Assembly (NCBI GenBank): GCA_963997415.1
Contig: CAXEMN010000003.1
Location: 804 to 64,803 of the forward strand
Direction of reading: 5' to 3'
Source of the DNA: an uncultured Candidatus Poseidoniales archaeon
GTDB taxonomy: Archaea > Thermoplasmatota > Poseidoniia > Poseidoniales > Poseidoniaceae
DNA length: 64,000 nucleotides
Both the position numbers and the translations under genes were made by a program. Shown piece by piece: positions 28,525 to 38,100 of the stretch. A model generated the notes under the pieces. The model was not told the DNA's origin. It ran no database searches and saw only the letters and a program-made list of their open reading frames with translations. Numbering within the stretch: the stretch's first letter is position 1; each line of letters opens with the position of its first letter.

Positions 28525-29646
28525 TCAGGAACGGCGGTCTTTTGCATCTTCCTTGATCCGTTCAATCATATCAACGGGAGCGAGGTTTTCTCGAATCTCT
28601 TGAAGAGTTTTCTTGGTTTTCTTGTCCACTTTCTTGGGGATGTGGAGTTTCACCAATACGATGACATCCCCACGGCCACCCGATCGACGACCAGGTAGCC
28701 CTCGCTTTCGAATCTCAAGCGTCTCTCCAGAGGTTGTGCCAGCTGGTACTTTAATTGTCAAATCCTTACCATCGAGGTGTTCGATTGTGATCGATGTGCC
28801 AAGAACCAAATCTGCATAACCAAGCGGTAGAGACATGATGAGGTCGGGGCCTGATCGCTCAAACCATGGATGCTCTTCGACTTCGATTTCAATGAAAAGA
28901 TCGCCTTGCTGACCGTTCCCTTGGGGTGCTGGAGAACCTCGACCACGCATTCTGAGCCTGGTTCCTTCTTCAGCACCTGCTGGTATCGAAAATCGTAGAG
29001 TCGTCGATTTCATGGTTTGACCGGTGCCATCACATGCAGCACAAGAAGCAGCAGATGTTTGCCCCGTTCCATTGCACGTTGGGCACTCGCGTACAACATC
29101 TTGTACGAACGGTCCTACTTGTTGACGCATCCGGACTCGACCTTGGCCATTACAATCACTGCACGATTCTGTCTGACCGCCTTCAGCACCCGTCCCCTCA
29201 CATGCATCACACTGAGTTGGAAGGTCGAGTTCAATCTCCTCGGTGCTGCCATTGTAAATATCGAGTAAACTTACTGTGTGGATAATTCGTATATCGTTGC
29301 CTCTACGACGGTTTGAACGTCCACCACCGCTACCGAACATGCTTGAGAAAAAGTCACCACCGAGGATGTCTTCGAGGTTGATGTTGAAACCTCCACCGCC
29401 AAAACCACCAAATGGCGAGCCAGAAGGCCCATTGTGGCCAAACCGATCGTACTGTGCTCGCTTTTCTGCATCTGAAAGAACAGCATATGCTTCCTGAATT
29501 TCTTTGAATTTATCTTCAGCATTTTCCTCACTGCTTCGATCAGGGTGATACTTTCGTGCCAAACTACGAAACGCATTCTTGAGGTCCCGCTCACTCGCTG
29601 ATTTTTCAACACCGAGCACTTCGTAATAGTCACGCTTGTCAGACAT
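28525..29646 (-). CDS. dnaJ: Chaperone DnaJ
   Basis: J domain with HPD, G/F-rich region, four CxxCxGxG repeats. Confidence 0.96.
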   Translation of the reverse strand: MSDKRDYYEVLGVEKSASERDLKNAFRSLARKYHPDRSSEENAEDKFKEIQEAYAVLSDAEKRAQYDRFGHNGPSGSPFGGFGGGGFNINLEDILGGDFFSSMFGSGGGRSNRRRGNDIRIIHTVSLLDIYNGSTEEIELDLPTQCDACEGTGAEGGQTESCSDCNGQGRVRMRQQVGPFVQDVVRECPTCNGTGQTSAASCAACDGTGQTMKSTTLRFSIPAGAEEGTRLRMRGRGSPAPQGNGQQGDLFIEIEVEEHPWFERSGPDLIMSLPLGYADLVLGTSITIEHLDGKDLTIKVPAGTTSGETLEIRKRGLPGRRSGGRGDVIVLVKLHIPKKVDKKTKKTLQEIRENLAPVDMIERIKEDAKDRRS

Positions 29647-29709
29647 TACCAGCACCCAGTAAACTGCCCTAACAGAGCACCTCTTTCAACTTCTCGTATC
29701 GATTTAGCA

Positions 29710-30687
29710 TTAGAGGTCAAGCCCGCAGTGGGGGCAAAAGCGTTCACCGATGGTGACTTGTTGGCCACAACCTCTGCAGATTGGCGCCTGCTCTGCGACC
29801 GGTTGCACAAGGGGTGCTGAGGTACGAATTGGTGTTGAGAGCATCGCCATGTCTTCGATGCTGTGTTCTGGCGAAGCACCTGTTGGTTGGTCCCACGCAT
29901 ACACTTTCTCGGCTTCAGTAGGCTCACTAGGTGCGTCTATTGCTTCACCAGAAGCATTGACAGCGGAGTCGATGCCACCACCATCACTCATGGAAGTCAC
30001 CCTGAGTTGGGTCTCTTCTTTGGATTGGCTTTTCGTTCGAATCGGTGCAACTGGTCGTTGAGCTGTGACGGGATCGGCCTGAGATGCTGCAGAAAGGCGT
30101 GCCTGTTTTCTCAACGCCCTTTGCTCTGCGGCATCACCACGTCCAAAGAGGCTCCCAATTGAATCGAGAAGAGCGTCCATTGGGGAACTTTTCCGAACGG
30201 CTCCAATGGTTGAATCAACGGCCTGATCATCAAACGCCTCATCGCCACTCATTCGCCTGTTCGCTTTCTGAATGTGAGAGGCATCCATAAGCATGGTTAC
30301 ATCAACGCGGTCGTCTTCGCCGAGGTTCATTTCAGGTGCCTCTGCATCAATGGTGCCTACCTGTCCTTTGAGTTTCAATTGCGCCTCAGCAGAAAGTTCA
30401 GAACCAAGGATAGCATTGCTCTGCCAGACGCCTTCTTCCTCAGCCTGGTAGACTTTTTTCATCTCTTTCATCACTTTGGAACGATGGTATTCGTGATCTT
30501 TCACCTGGGAGGTACGCTTCAACAAGAACACACCCACTCCGAAGGCACCTCCATAGCAGATGTACATCAACAAGGGCTCGACACGGAACATATCCCGTAG
30601 AGGCGTAACGGTGACATGAATCATCGCCATGACCAATATGGGAAGGGCAGCAATACCTTTGGAGACTGCACTGCGTTCGCCTGCCAT
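29710..30687 (-). CDS. Hypothetical membrane protein: 2 N-terminal TM helices, C-terminal Zn ribbon
   Basis: Ends CRGCGQQVTIGERFCPHCGLDL. Confidence 0.75.
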   Translation of the reverse strand: MAGERSAVSKGIAALPILVMAMIHVTVTPLRDMFRVEPLLMYICYGGAFGVGVFLLKRTSQVKDHEYHRSKVMKEMKKVYQAEEEGVWQSNAILGSELSAEAQLKLKGQVGTIDAEAPEMNLGEDDRVDVTMLMDASHIQKANRRMSGDEAFDDQAVDSTIGAVRKSSPMDALLDSIGSLFGRGDAAEQRALRKQARLSAASQADPVTAQRPVAPIRTKSQSKEETQLRVTSMSDGGGIDSAVNASGEAIDAPSEPTEAEKVYAWDQPTGASPEHSIEDMAMLSTPIRTSAPLVQPVAEQAPICRGCGQQVTIGERFCPHCGLDL

Positions 30688-30748
30688 TGTTCTCCCCACG
30701 TTGTGTTTTGCAGTTTCCCTCAAGTATGTTGCCTAAGCATGCTTCGGT

Positions 30749-31786
30749 TTAAGCACGGTCACTGGGGGCCTTTCCACGTCGAATAAAGCCATCAAGGAGT
30801 CCGACTGAGAAACTCACGTGGAGCATGAAAAGACACATCGGCACACCAAAGATCATTGAAAATCGACCGAATTTAAGGCTCATACGGACTGCTTCAATGG
30901 CCAATACACAAGCATAAGCCATTGGTGGTAGCACCCACGAATCCATATTTGCAAGAGCAAGTGAAAGCGTGAGGAAAAGACCCAACCAAGGTAAATACTC
31001 TCGTAAGCTGATTCTTTTTGGATGCTTGATGACGGTTTTTGTTCGCCAAAAACCATAGCGGTGCCCCATCTTTAGCCACCGTATCAATCCAGTGCGTTTG
31101 GTCATGTAAACCACAGTTTTCGGCGTCCTCCAAAGTGCATAACCATTGGCTGCAAGGCGCATTGAAAGGTCGCTGTCTTGACTGGAGATGAAGGATTCAT
31201 CCCAGCCTCCAACATCAACCACAGCATGTCGAGAGTGGAGCACAAATGCTGGAATCTTGCACGGTGCTGATGTCGTAAATCGGTCAAATTGGCCACCGCC
31301 ACTTCCGAGGGGCGAGCCAAGGGCACCTTCAACCCATGATTCAACTGTATCCAACTCACCTTTTCGTGGTAAGACTCGACTTCCGAGTGCTCCAAGTTGC
31401 TGATGCTCCATTGTTGAAATACGGCTCCACTCTTCGACCAGAACTTCGAGATGATGAGCATCAACCGTGCTATGTCCAATCAATTCCAGAACATGTGTGA
31501 TTGTACTCGGCATGAGTTCAAGCGCTTTATTACGCCCCTGTGCGACGAATTTTCCTGGGTTTGAATGCAATTCGATTTTAGGCCCATTGGCTTGGGCAGA
31601 ACGAAGAATTGCTTCCTCGACAAGTTCAGTGGTGTTATCGCTTGATCCTCCATCAAGAATGAAAATCATGTGGCGTGAGGCGGGATAGGTCTGAGCGATC
31701 AATGAATCGAGGCAAGCGGTGATGTACTCAGATTCATTCAATACGGGGATTACTGTAGCAATCATCGGTTGTTCCGTGGCCCCCAT
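30749..31786 (-). CDS. Glycosyltransferase family 2 (ExoA-like) with C-terminal TM helices
   Basis: VIPVLNES, LDGGSSDNT, GRNKAL, VGGWDESF..SQDSDLSMRL; alternative start at 31765. Confidence 0.9.
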   Translation of the reverse strand: MGATEQPMIATVIPVLNESEYITACLDSLIAQTYPASRHMIFILDGGSSDNTTELVEEAILRSAQANGPKIELHSNPGKFVAQGRNKALELMPSTITHVLELIGHSTVDAHHLEVLVEEWSRISTMEHQQLGALGSRVLPRKGELDTVESWVEGALGSPLGSGGGQFDRFTTSAPCKIPAFVLHSRHAVVDVGGWDESFISSQDSDLSMRLAANGYALWRTPKTVVYMTKRTGLIRWLKMGHRYGFWRTKTVIKHPKRISLREYLPWLGLFLTLSLALANMDSWVLPPMAYACVLAIEAVRMSLKFGRFSMIFGVPMCLFMLHVSFSVGLLDGFIRRGKAPSDRA

Positions 31787-31876
31787 GTGGGTTGGGTTTT
31801 AGTGAAAGATATTCACCTCTTCGCTTCCCATCATCGAGAAAGGCATGTTCATGTGCATGAATCAACTGGGCGGGAT

Positions 31877-32392
31877 ATGGACCAACCCCTTGTCAAGCTC
31901 AACGGGGTGAATGAAGGCATTGAGATTCACATCAAAACAGAACTTCAGGGTGCAGACGACCCGAACAAGGTTGCGAATTCGATTCAAACATTATTCCCCG
32001 AGTTCCCACTTCCAGAGGAAGTCCAAGGACCCGAATTTGGAGCAGCGAGCAACCATATTTGGCAGGCCGATCAGGTACCGATTGGGCAATTTTTGACCAT
32101 GCTCCACACTCAACGGATATTGGATACCGCATTGGATGCAATGGGGCGCCATTTGAAAGGAGACACAACCGTATTCCAAATCGCAAGGCAAGCTGCTTTG
32201 GCTTCGAAAGTGGCGTTTCCACTGCCTGGAGAAATGCCACTTGGTGGCGTGATTGAAGTGACATTACGTTCACCAAATTTGACCGATTGGTTGCATGCAG
32301 CGACATGGCACAAAGGTAGAGACAGTGTGCCACGCACCATTGATGATGAACGAGCGATGGCCAGCGATGGTGATGCAAGCACCTGGGTTTAG
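31877..32392 (+). CDS. UPF0201/DUF54-like putative RNA-binding protein
   Basis: DDPNKVANSIQTLFP, QRILDTA, FQIARQAALASKVAF, PLGGVIEVTL resemble the archaeal UPF0201 pattern. Confidence 0.65.
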   Translation: MDQPLVKLNGVNEGIEIHIKTELQGADDPNKVANSIQTLFPEFPLPEEVQGPEFGAASNHIWQADQVPIGQFLTMLHTQRILDTALDAMGRHLKGDTTVFQIARQAALASKVAFPLPGEMPLGGVIEVTLRSPNLTDWLHAATWHKGRDSVPRTIDDERAMASDGDASTWV

Positions 32393-33402
32393 TCGATCAA
32401 ATCCAATTGTTTGATTTGTGCGACGACCTCATCGTCCGACCCAGTAAAAGTGAGAAAGCCACAGGTCGTAGATGTATGCCACTGAACAGAATCGTGAGAA
32501 GTCCACCGAACATCGGGTTGATAGGATGGGTGTTGTCCAATGAAAGAGCACGACAAAATATCGAGTGCGATGATGACATCCTCCAATTCATGGTGCCATC
32601 TTCCGATTGAAGATCCTGCAGTGACGGACCAGCCAAATTCTTCCTTGACCTCACGAACAATGGCCGATTGCATAGATTCTCCTCGTTCCAATTTTCCACC
32701 TGGAAATTCCCATGTGCCCGGATGGCGTTCATGTTCAGCTCGACGGGCAACCAGGAATTTTCCATCCTCGGTGAAAAGAGATCCAACCACATGGACCACT
32801 GGCTTGAACAGCATACGAGCAATGACATCGTTCACAACCTTGATACTTTTTTCAATTGGATAGACCTCTGCAGGTGGTAGGTGTAAGAAGAGAATTGGAA
32901 TGGATTTTTCTCGATTGGCTTCGAGGCTTCGATACAATGTCTCATTGCACAAATACGCCCCAGCATCGATGGAAACTTCAGCGTCAGTCACCCATGACTG
33001 AAACCAATGCTTTGTTGAACAGGTAATCCTCAAATCACCGTCACCAGAAAGGGTCGATCCGGCTACTTGCCTGCCGCCATTGTCGGGAATTCTCATCGCC
33101 AGACGATCTTCAGCTACTGTTTCAATTCGAGGCACTGAGCATGATCCACAGACGCCCAAGTGCAAGATTGCAGACCATGACTCACCATTGTCAATTCTTT
33201 TTGCAACCTTGAGCGACCCCTCGCGGTCAACAGACAGAATGGACCGTTCTACATCGACGGTAAGTGATGGTCGTGACGGGCCCAAATCCTTCCAAGGATC
33301 TTCAATCAATATCCGTTTCTCAAATGCATTGACAACATCCATTGAAACGTTCACATCTGAGCCACCAAATGGCTCGAAGCCTGTGAGAAGGATGCCGACC
33401 AC
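32389..33402 (-). CDS. Pyroglutamyl-peptidase I (C15) fused to a MutT-like NUDIX hydrolase
   Basis: LLTGFEPFGG, RIETVA, IPDNGG, DAGAYLCNETLY, FLHLP, followed by WEFPGGKLERGESMQSAIVREVKEEFG. GTG start preceded by GGAGG. Confidence 0.9.
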   Translation of the reverse strand: MVGILLTGFEPFGGSDVNVSMDVVNAFEKRILIEDPWKDLGPSRPSLTVDVERSILSVDREGSLKVAKRIDNGESWSAILHLGVCGSCSVPRIETVAEDRLAMRIPDNGGRQVAGSTLSGDGDLRITCSTKHWFQSWVTDAEVSIDAGAYLCNETLYRSLEANREKSIPILFLHLPPAEVYPIEKSIKVVNDVIARMLFKPVVHVVGSLFTEDGKFLVARRAEHERHPGTWEFPGGKLERGESMQSAIVREVKEEFGWSVTAGSSIGRWHHELEDVIIALDILSCSFIGQHPSYQPDVRWTSHDSVQWHTSTTCGFLTFTGSDDEVVAQIKQLDLID

Positions 33403-33458
33403 GGCCCTCCCTGAGGGTGGAGGTTTTTCATCCCAATGCACCACAAGGAGGCGTCATC

Positions 33459-33836
33459 TTGACAAAGCCAACCACTCAGCATGGACCAAGACGCGGAGGT
33501 GAGCAATTGGAAGATATGGTCGTACAGTTCCCTTCTGAAGAAAAAAGAGACCTCAGCGATCGCAGGGAAGTTCGGTTCATTCGAGAAGTATGGCGCCAAA
33601 TTACCTTTGGAGTAGGGGCATGGGGGACGCTCAGGCCATTGGTCGCAGCGCTTCTTGCGGCAGTGCCGTTCCTTTTCCTCGGCCAACATTTCACTCGAAA
33701 ACACCGCCGTGGCTTCGATTGGTTTCTCTTGCAAATCCCACTCGCATTGACGCTGATCCTTTGGGCAGGGCTCTATCTGTACTCAATTTACGATGCGTGG
33801 AGCGAGGCGACAAAAGTTGGCGCCAACACTGACTAA
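33459..33836 (+). CDS. Small hypothetical membrane protein (2-3 TM helices)
   Basis: TTG start with AAGGAGG upstream; hydrophobic segments; stop overlaps the stop of the convergent gene. Confidence 0.65.
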   Translation: MTKPTTQHGPRRGGEQLEDMVVQFPSEEKRDLSDRREVRFIREVWRQITFGVGAWGTLRPLVAALLAAVPFLFLGQHFTRKHRRGFDWFLLQIPLALTLILWAGLYLYSIYDAWSEATKVGANTD

Positions 33837-34624
33837 GGTCGCCACAGTTGGTTCTCTGTAGGAATTGACCCATCGGCCATTCCTGAAAGGTCATTAAGGT
33901 CATCTTGATCAAATTCTGTTGGTAAATCACCTGAGAAGAATGAGCCTACGGAGCGTGAGTTGATGGCCCAATACATGACAGAGTCTTCATTGTTGGAGTG
34001 ACCCTTGTTCTCGCTGTCTTCGTGGTCTGCGGGTGATGTGTAGACGAGGTTGACAAGACCCAAAAGGTGGCCAACTTCGTGAACCATCACACTGTTCTCA
34101 ACTTCTTCAGCAGACGGGCGATTAAACCACCCTGCCGAATCATCGACAGTTTCACCAAAAATAGCAATCGTCGAGGCATCGACTGCGACACCCAGCACAT
34201 TGTCATCTTCGTAAGTGTTTGAAGGGAAGATCAATTGCCATGTGAGTGTTGAGCCGTCGCGAGGTTCGGTTTCTTTTGCATCCCTGCTTTTGTCGCGAAC
34301 ATCTTCTGCAGTCCACGTGCCTTGGTGATTGAATTCAGACAGCGTGAATTTCACATCGATGCCGTTCGGTTTGTCACACACGGCTTCGAGCCGTTCGACC
34401 AGCATATCGGTGCTCGAAGTTTCTGGTTTGTAGCCCTCCTCATAATCGATTTCAAGGACAAGTCGCGTGTACGAACTGTCATCAAGACAAGCGAGGGCAA
34501 GACCACCCGGTATCCCGTAATTTTCGAACAAATCATTCGCAGCATTTGTTGCACCAGTGCAACCGGAAAGTGGCGCCAAGAGAAGGAGAAGGAACAGTAT
34601 CACTCCAGTTTTGAACCTCTTCAT
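33833..34624 (-). CDS. Lipoprotein zinc metalloprotease (metzincin-like)
   Basis: Lipobox LAPLSGC; HEVGHLLGLVN zinc motif; Met-turn-like SVMYW. Confidence 0.82.
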   Translation of the reverse strand: MKRFKTGVILFLLLLLAPLSGCTGATNAANDLFENYGIPGGLALACLDDSSYTRLVLEIDYEEGYKPETSSTDMLVERLEAVCDKPNGIDVKFTLSEFNHQGTWTAEDVRDKSRDAKETEPRDGSTLTWQLIFPSNTYEDDNVLGVAVDASTIAIFGETVDDSAGWFNRPSAEEVENSVMVHEVGHLLGLVNLVYTSPADHEDSENKGHSNNEDSVMYWAINSRSVGSFFSGDLPTEFDQDDLNDLSGMADGSIPTENQLWRP

Positions 34625-34661
34625 GAATTCCCCTCCAGCTCCATATTTTCAAACCCATGCA

Positions 34662-35114
34662 TTACCAGTCTTCAGGAATTTCCAATGGAGAGAACAGTTG
34701 TCCTGGCCCCTGTGCTCTAGCCAATTGAGATCTCGATAGGGCCTCCCATGGGCGTAAAGCGAGCAAACCCTCTGCAAGGGTCGCTTCAATTTCGACCAAG
34801 GTGACTCTGATCAAGGTTGAAAGAATATCCATGCGGTCTTCATCGATAATCTTGAAGACCTTTTCAAGATCAAATGTCGCACTTACATCGCCAGAAGTGC
34901 CCTCTTCAATGGGCCATGGCGCTGTGATTCGCTCATTATATGCTTGACCAGTGGCTTCGATGTGAGCATCAAGTGAGCGAGAGAGGCCCGCTATGTGGCG
35001 ACCAATCACAAGGCTCACCTCGATAAGAGGCATGTTCAACTGGTTGATCAAATTGACAACACGCTCTTGCATGGTGACCATGCCGTCAACAGCACTGTCT
35101 TGTTCATCCGACAT
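34662..35114 (-). CDS. Hypothetical protein, about 150 aa
   Basis: Clean ORF directly after the stop of the upstream giant gene; SD-like GTGAGG before ATG 35114. Confidence 0.7.
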   Translation of the reverse strand: MSDEQDSAVDGMVTMQERVVNLINQLNMPLIEVSLVIGRHIAGLSRSLDAHIEATGQAYNERITAPWPIEEGTSGDVSATFDLEKVFKIIDEDRMDILSTLIRVTLVEIEATLAEGLLALRPWEALSRSQLARAQGPGQLFSPLEIPEDW

Positions 35115-35125
35115 TGAGAAAAGCC

Positions 35126-38100
35126 TCACTTCATCATTGACTCAACGTACTGCCAACCAAAGTGGTTCCACTGTTCTTGTGTCCAACCTTCAGGTAAGCC
35201 CGTTGGCGGTAGAGGTGGTGGGGCACGCTGGCCGGGAACCGTTGGTGATGGAGCAGGTGCAGCCACCGGTGCAGGTTGGGGAGCAGGCGCCGGTGGTTGT
35301 TGAGGCTCATTGCTGAACACTTCAGGCACCTCTTTCTTTGAATTCATTTCATCAACAACAGACTGGGTTTCATCGCTGATTCCGCCTTCAAGCCCTTCAG
35401 TACGAATCCTTCTGTTCATAACAAGCATCCACATTGCAAGCGATAATGAAAGCAGAGCAACGAGGTAAAGGACAATGGCAAAGGTGCTTTCTGAAGCCTG
35501 TTGAGCAAGCGCATCACCGTCACGGACGGTTTCGCCCTTCACAATCAAAGGATCAACGGTGCGACGGTCCATCTCGACTTCATCGACAAGAACCACCAAA
35601 CGGTACTCGACGCTTTGGCCTTGAGGAACATCGGCCACTGTACCAAGTTGAACTTCGGCGAATGCACCAGCTGAGGCAACAACATCGACTCGAACGACTT
35701 CTGCCCAGAAGCCACCTTCGACGGCCCGTTGGAGCACATAAGCGACATCACCCTTACCACCTTGGTTCAGAACTGCGACATTGAGGTTGACAGCCTCGCC
35801 TTCAACTGGTGAAGGGTTGCTCCATGAAATCATTGTGTCCTCATGGCTGAGATCAAGCGATGGCCCAAGCAGAGCCAGTGGCCATGAAGCAATTGGTGTT
35901 AACAGAGAATTGTCCATGGTATCAAACGGATTACCAGCGTCGTCAGAGCCCGAGACCCAGACATCGACCATATAGGAAGGTAGGAGCATTGTGGCACCGG
36001 CATCGGTCAAGTCAAGGTAGCCAGTCCAGAAGAATTGTTCACCGAACGGGGTGGTGTCAGGTAGAGGTACACTTCCGCGCGAAATCTCAGCCTCACCAGC
36101 CCTCACGCGGTAATGCAGCACCGCTGGCTCATCAAGATTGAAACCGTAATCGTCGAGTGTTTCCAGCATGACCAGAAGGTCTCCAGCATCACCAATCGAG
36201 AGTGGGTCACCGGGTGAAACCTCATTGAGGGAGATGGCCGAAATGGTTGGACGGGAACTGTCAACAGCAAGTCGAACCCGAGGGATAATCGGTGTCTCGT
36301 CGAGAGCAATTCCAGGTAAATCATCAAGATCTAATCTCAAATCGAGGTGTCCCGAACGAACGGATGGAATCAACAGATCCAAACTGAATTCGCCACCATC
36401 CCTTGTGGAGGTTCGCCATTGGTAATCGTAATCCCCAAACACAACGTCAAATGCACCTGCAGGAGCAGGCGTGTCGTCTTCTGAGAACAAGACACGGCCA
36501 GTCACTCTCAGTGCTTGTCCTGCCCCGATGAGGGTTTCACTGAATTCATTGTTGTAGTGATTGGTACCATCACGGAGTTCAACCGCACGAATGTGTCCAT
36601 CCATTGTATCGAATCGGAAATCATTGTCGAGGCTCCATGCATCATTACCGAGTCCTGCCTTTGCTTCAAAACAAGGGGTGACTTCGCCATCATTACAAGG
36701 TAAATCCGTCACCAAAACCTTCGGAATGATTCGATTTTCGCCATTGGTATCAAACAGTTCAGGGAAGGTCCATGTGAGTTGGAACCGTGCTAGAATCTTG
36801 ATGATGCTGTTGTTGTTTTCATCGATTGAAACAGATGAATAGAGGTTTGACACAGCAATGTAGCTGGAACCTGCTTCCATGATGGCCGTTGGCATTCCGT
36901 CTTCATCTGCCATCAAGGAGATGAACAGTGAAGTGTCTTCATCCTCATAATCGCCTCCAAGAGCGAGTTGAACATATTGGATGTCTTGCCAACCGTTGCG
37001 ATCCGAAAGAACAATTTGAGCTGAATATGGAATACCTGGATGCAATGGAGCTTTGTCATCGTGTCCTAGAATCGTTGAATTATCAAGATCTAATTCTGGT
37101 TCAAATTCGACGCGGATTTTGTATGTACCCAAATCATTGTCCCAGTCTGGAACGGTTTCTCCAGGAGCATAACCGCATGAAATTGTAGAATCGGGGCACA
37201 CTGGACCCTTCCCCATGGCGACAGCATTGTTTTGTGCATCTTTACCAGTGACATAGTACGAAACTCGTTCTCCGTGGTCGAGCATCGAGTCGTCAATAAG
37301 TCCTTGGAAGATGTTGAGACCGCCAGCTCTTGTTTCTGGTGAGGAGAGGGTTTTCATCTCATATTCATCTTCATTTGGCAATCCGTCAAAATTGTAATCA
37401 CTGCATCCGATTGCCTTACTGGCTTTACATCCAATCCAATAGTGCAGTGAGATTTGATTTGGTGGATCGACTGAGTCTTGAATGAGCACGCTCAACGATT
37501 GGCCACCGGGCGCAGGTGGCCCAGCATGGCGTTCTTCTCCATCACCAGGCGTTGAAGAAAGAACGAGAGGTGAATTTCCGTCAAGAATCAATCGAAGCGT
37601 GTTGTAGCCTGGATTGGCATAGGTGGAGCCATTTGGTAAATCACTTGCAATGACATAGAAAATCATTCCACCTGGTGCGGATTCTAACGGTGCGGTGAAT
37701 GTGATGTTGTATTCGCCAAAGCCGGGGTTCTGTTCGACTGCGAGCACAACAGGCTCACCGATTGGGTCGCCATCATAGGTGACATTTTGTCCGATAATGG
37801 TCAAATTAAATTGACCAGCGAGTGGCGAAAGTTGGGAATTTTGGAAATGGATGCCGCCAGTAAAGGTCAGATTAAATCCACCACGCACCCAATCTTGGTT
37901 GTACAACTGCCGACCTGTTTCTTCAAACACTCGAACGCCATCGAGTTGAATGTCATTTTCGACAACGAGATCCAGCGAACTGGTTTCCCATGCCGCAACA
38001 GCAAGGCCAAGATCATCTTCGACTGAAATCAAGGCTTCAGTTCCAGCTTCATCGTCCCAAGTCCAATCGACTCGCATCGGCATTCGAATCGATACGACAT

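Noticed and set aside
28525-29646. dnaJ without dnaK/grpE, and pheT without pheS, as anomalies
   Set aside because: Split operons are common in archaeal genomes; the partners are probably elsewhere.
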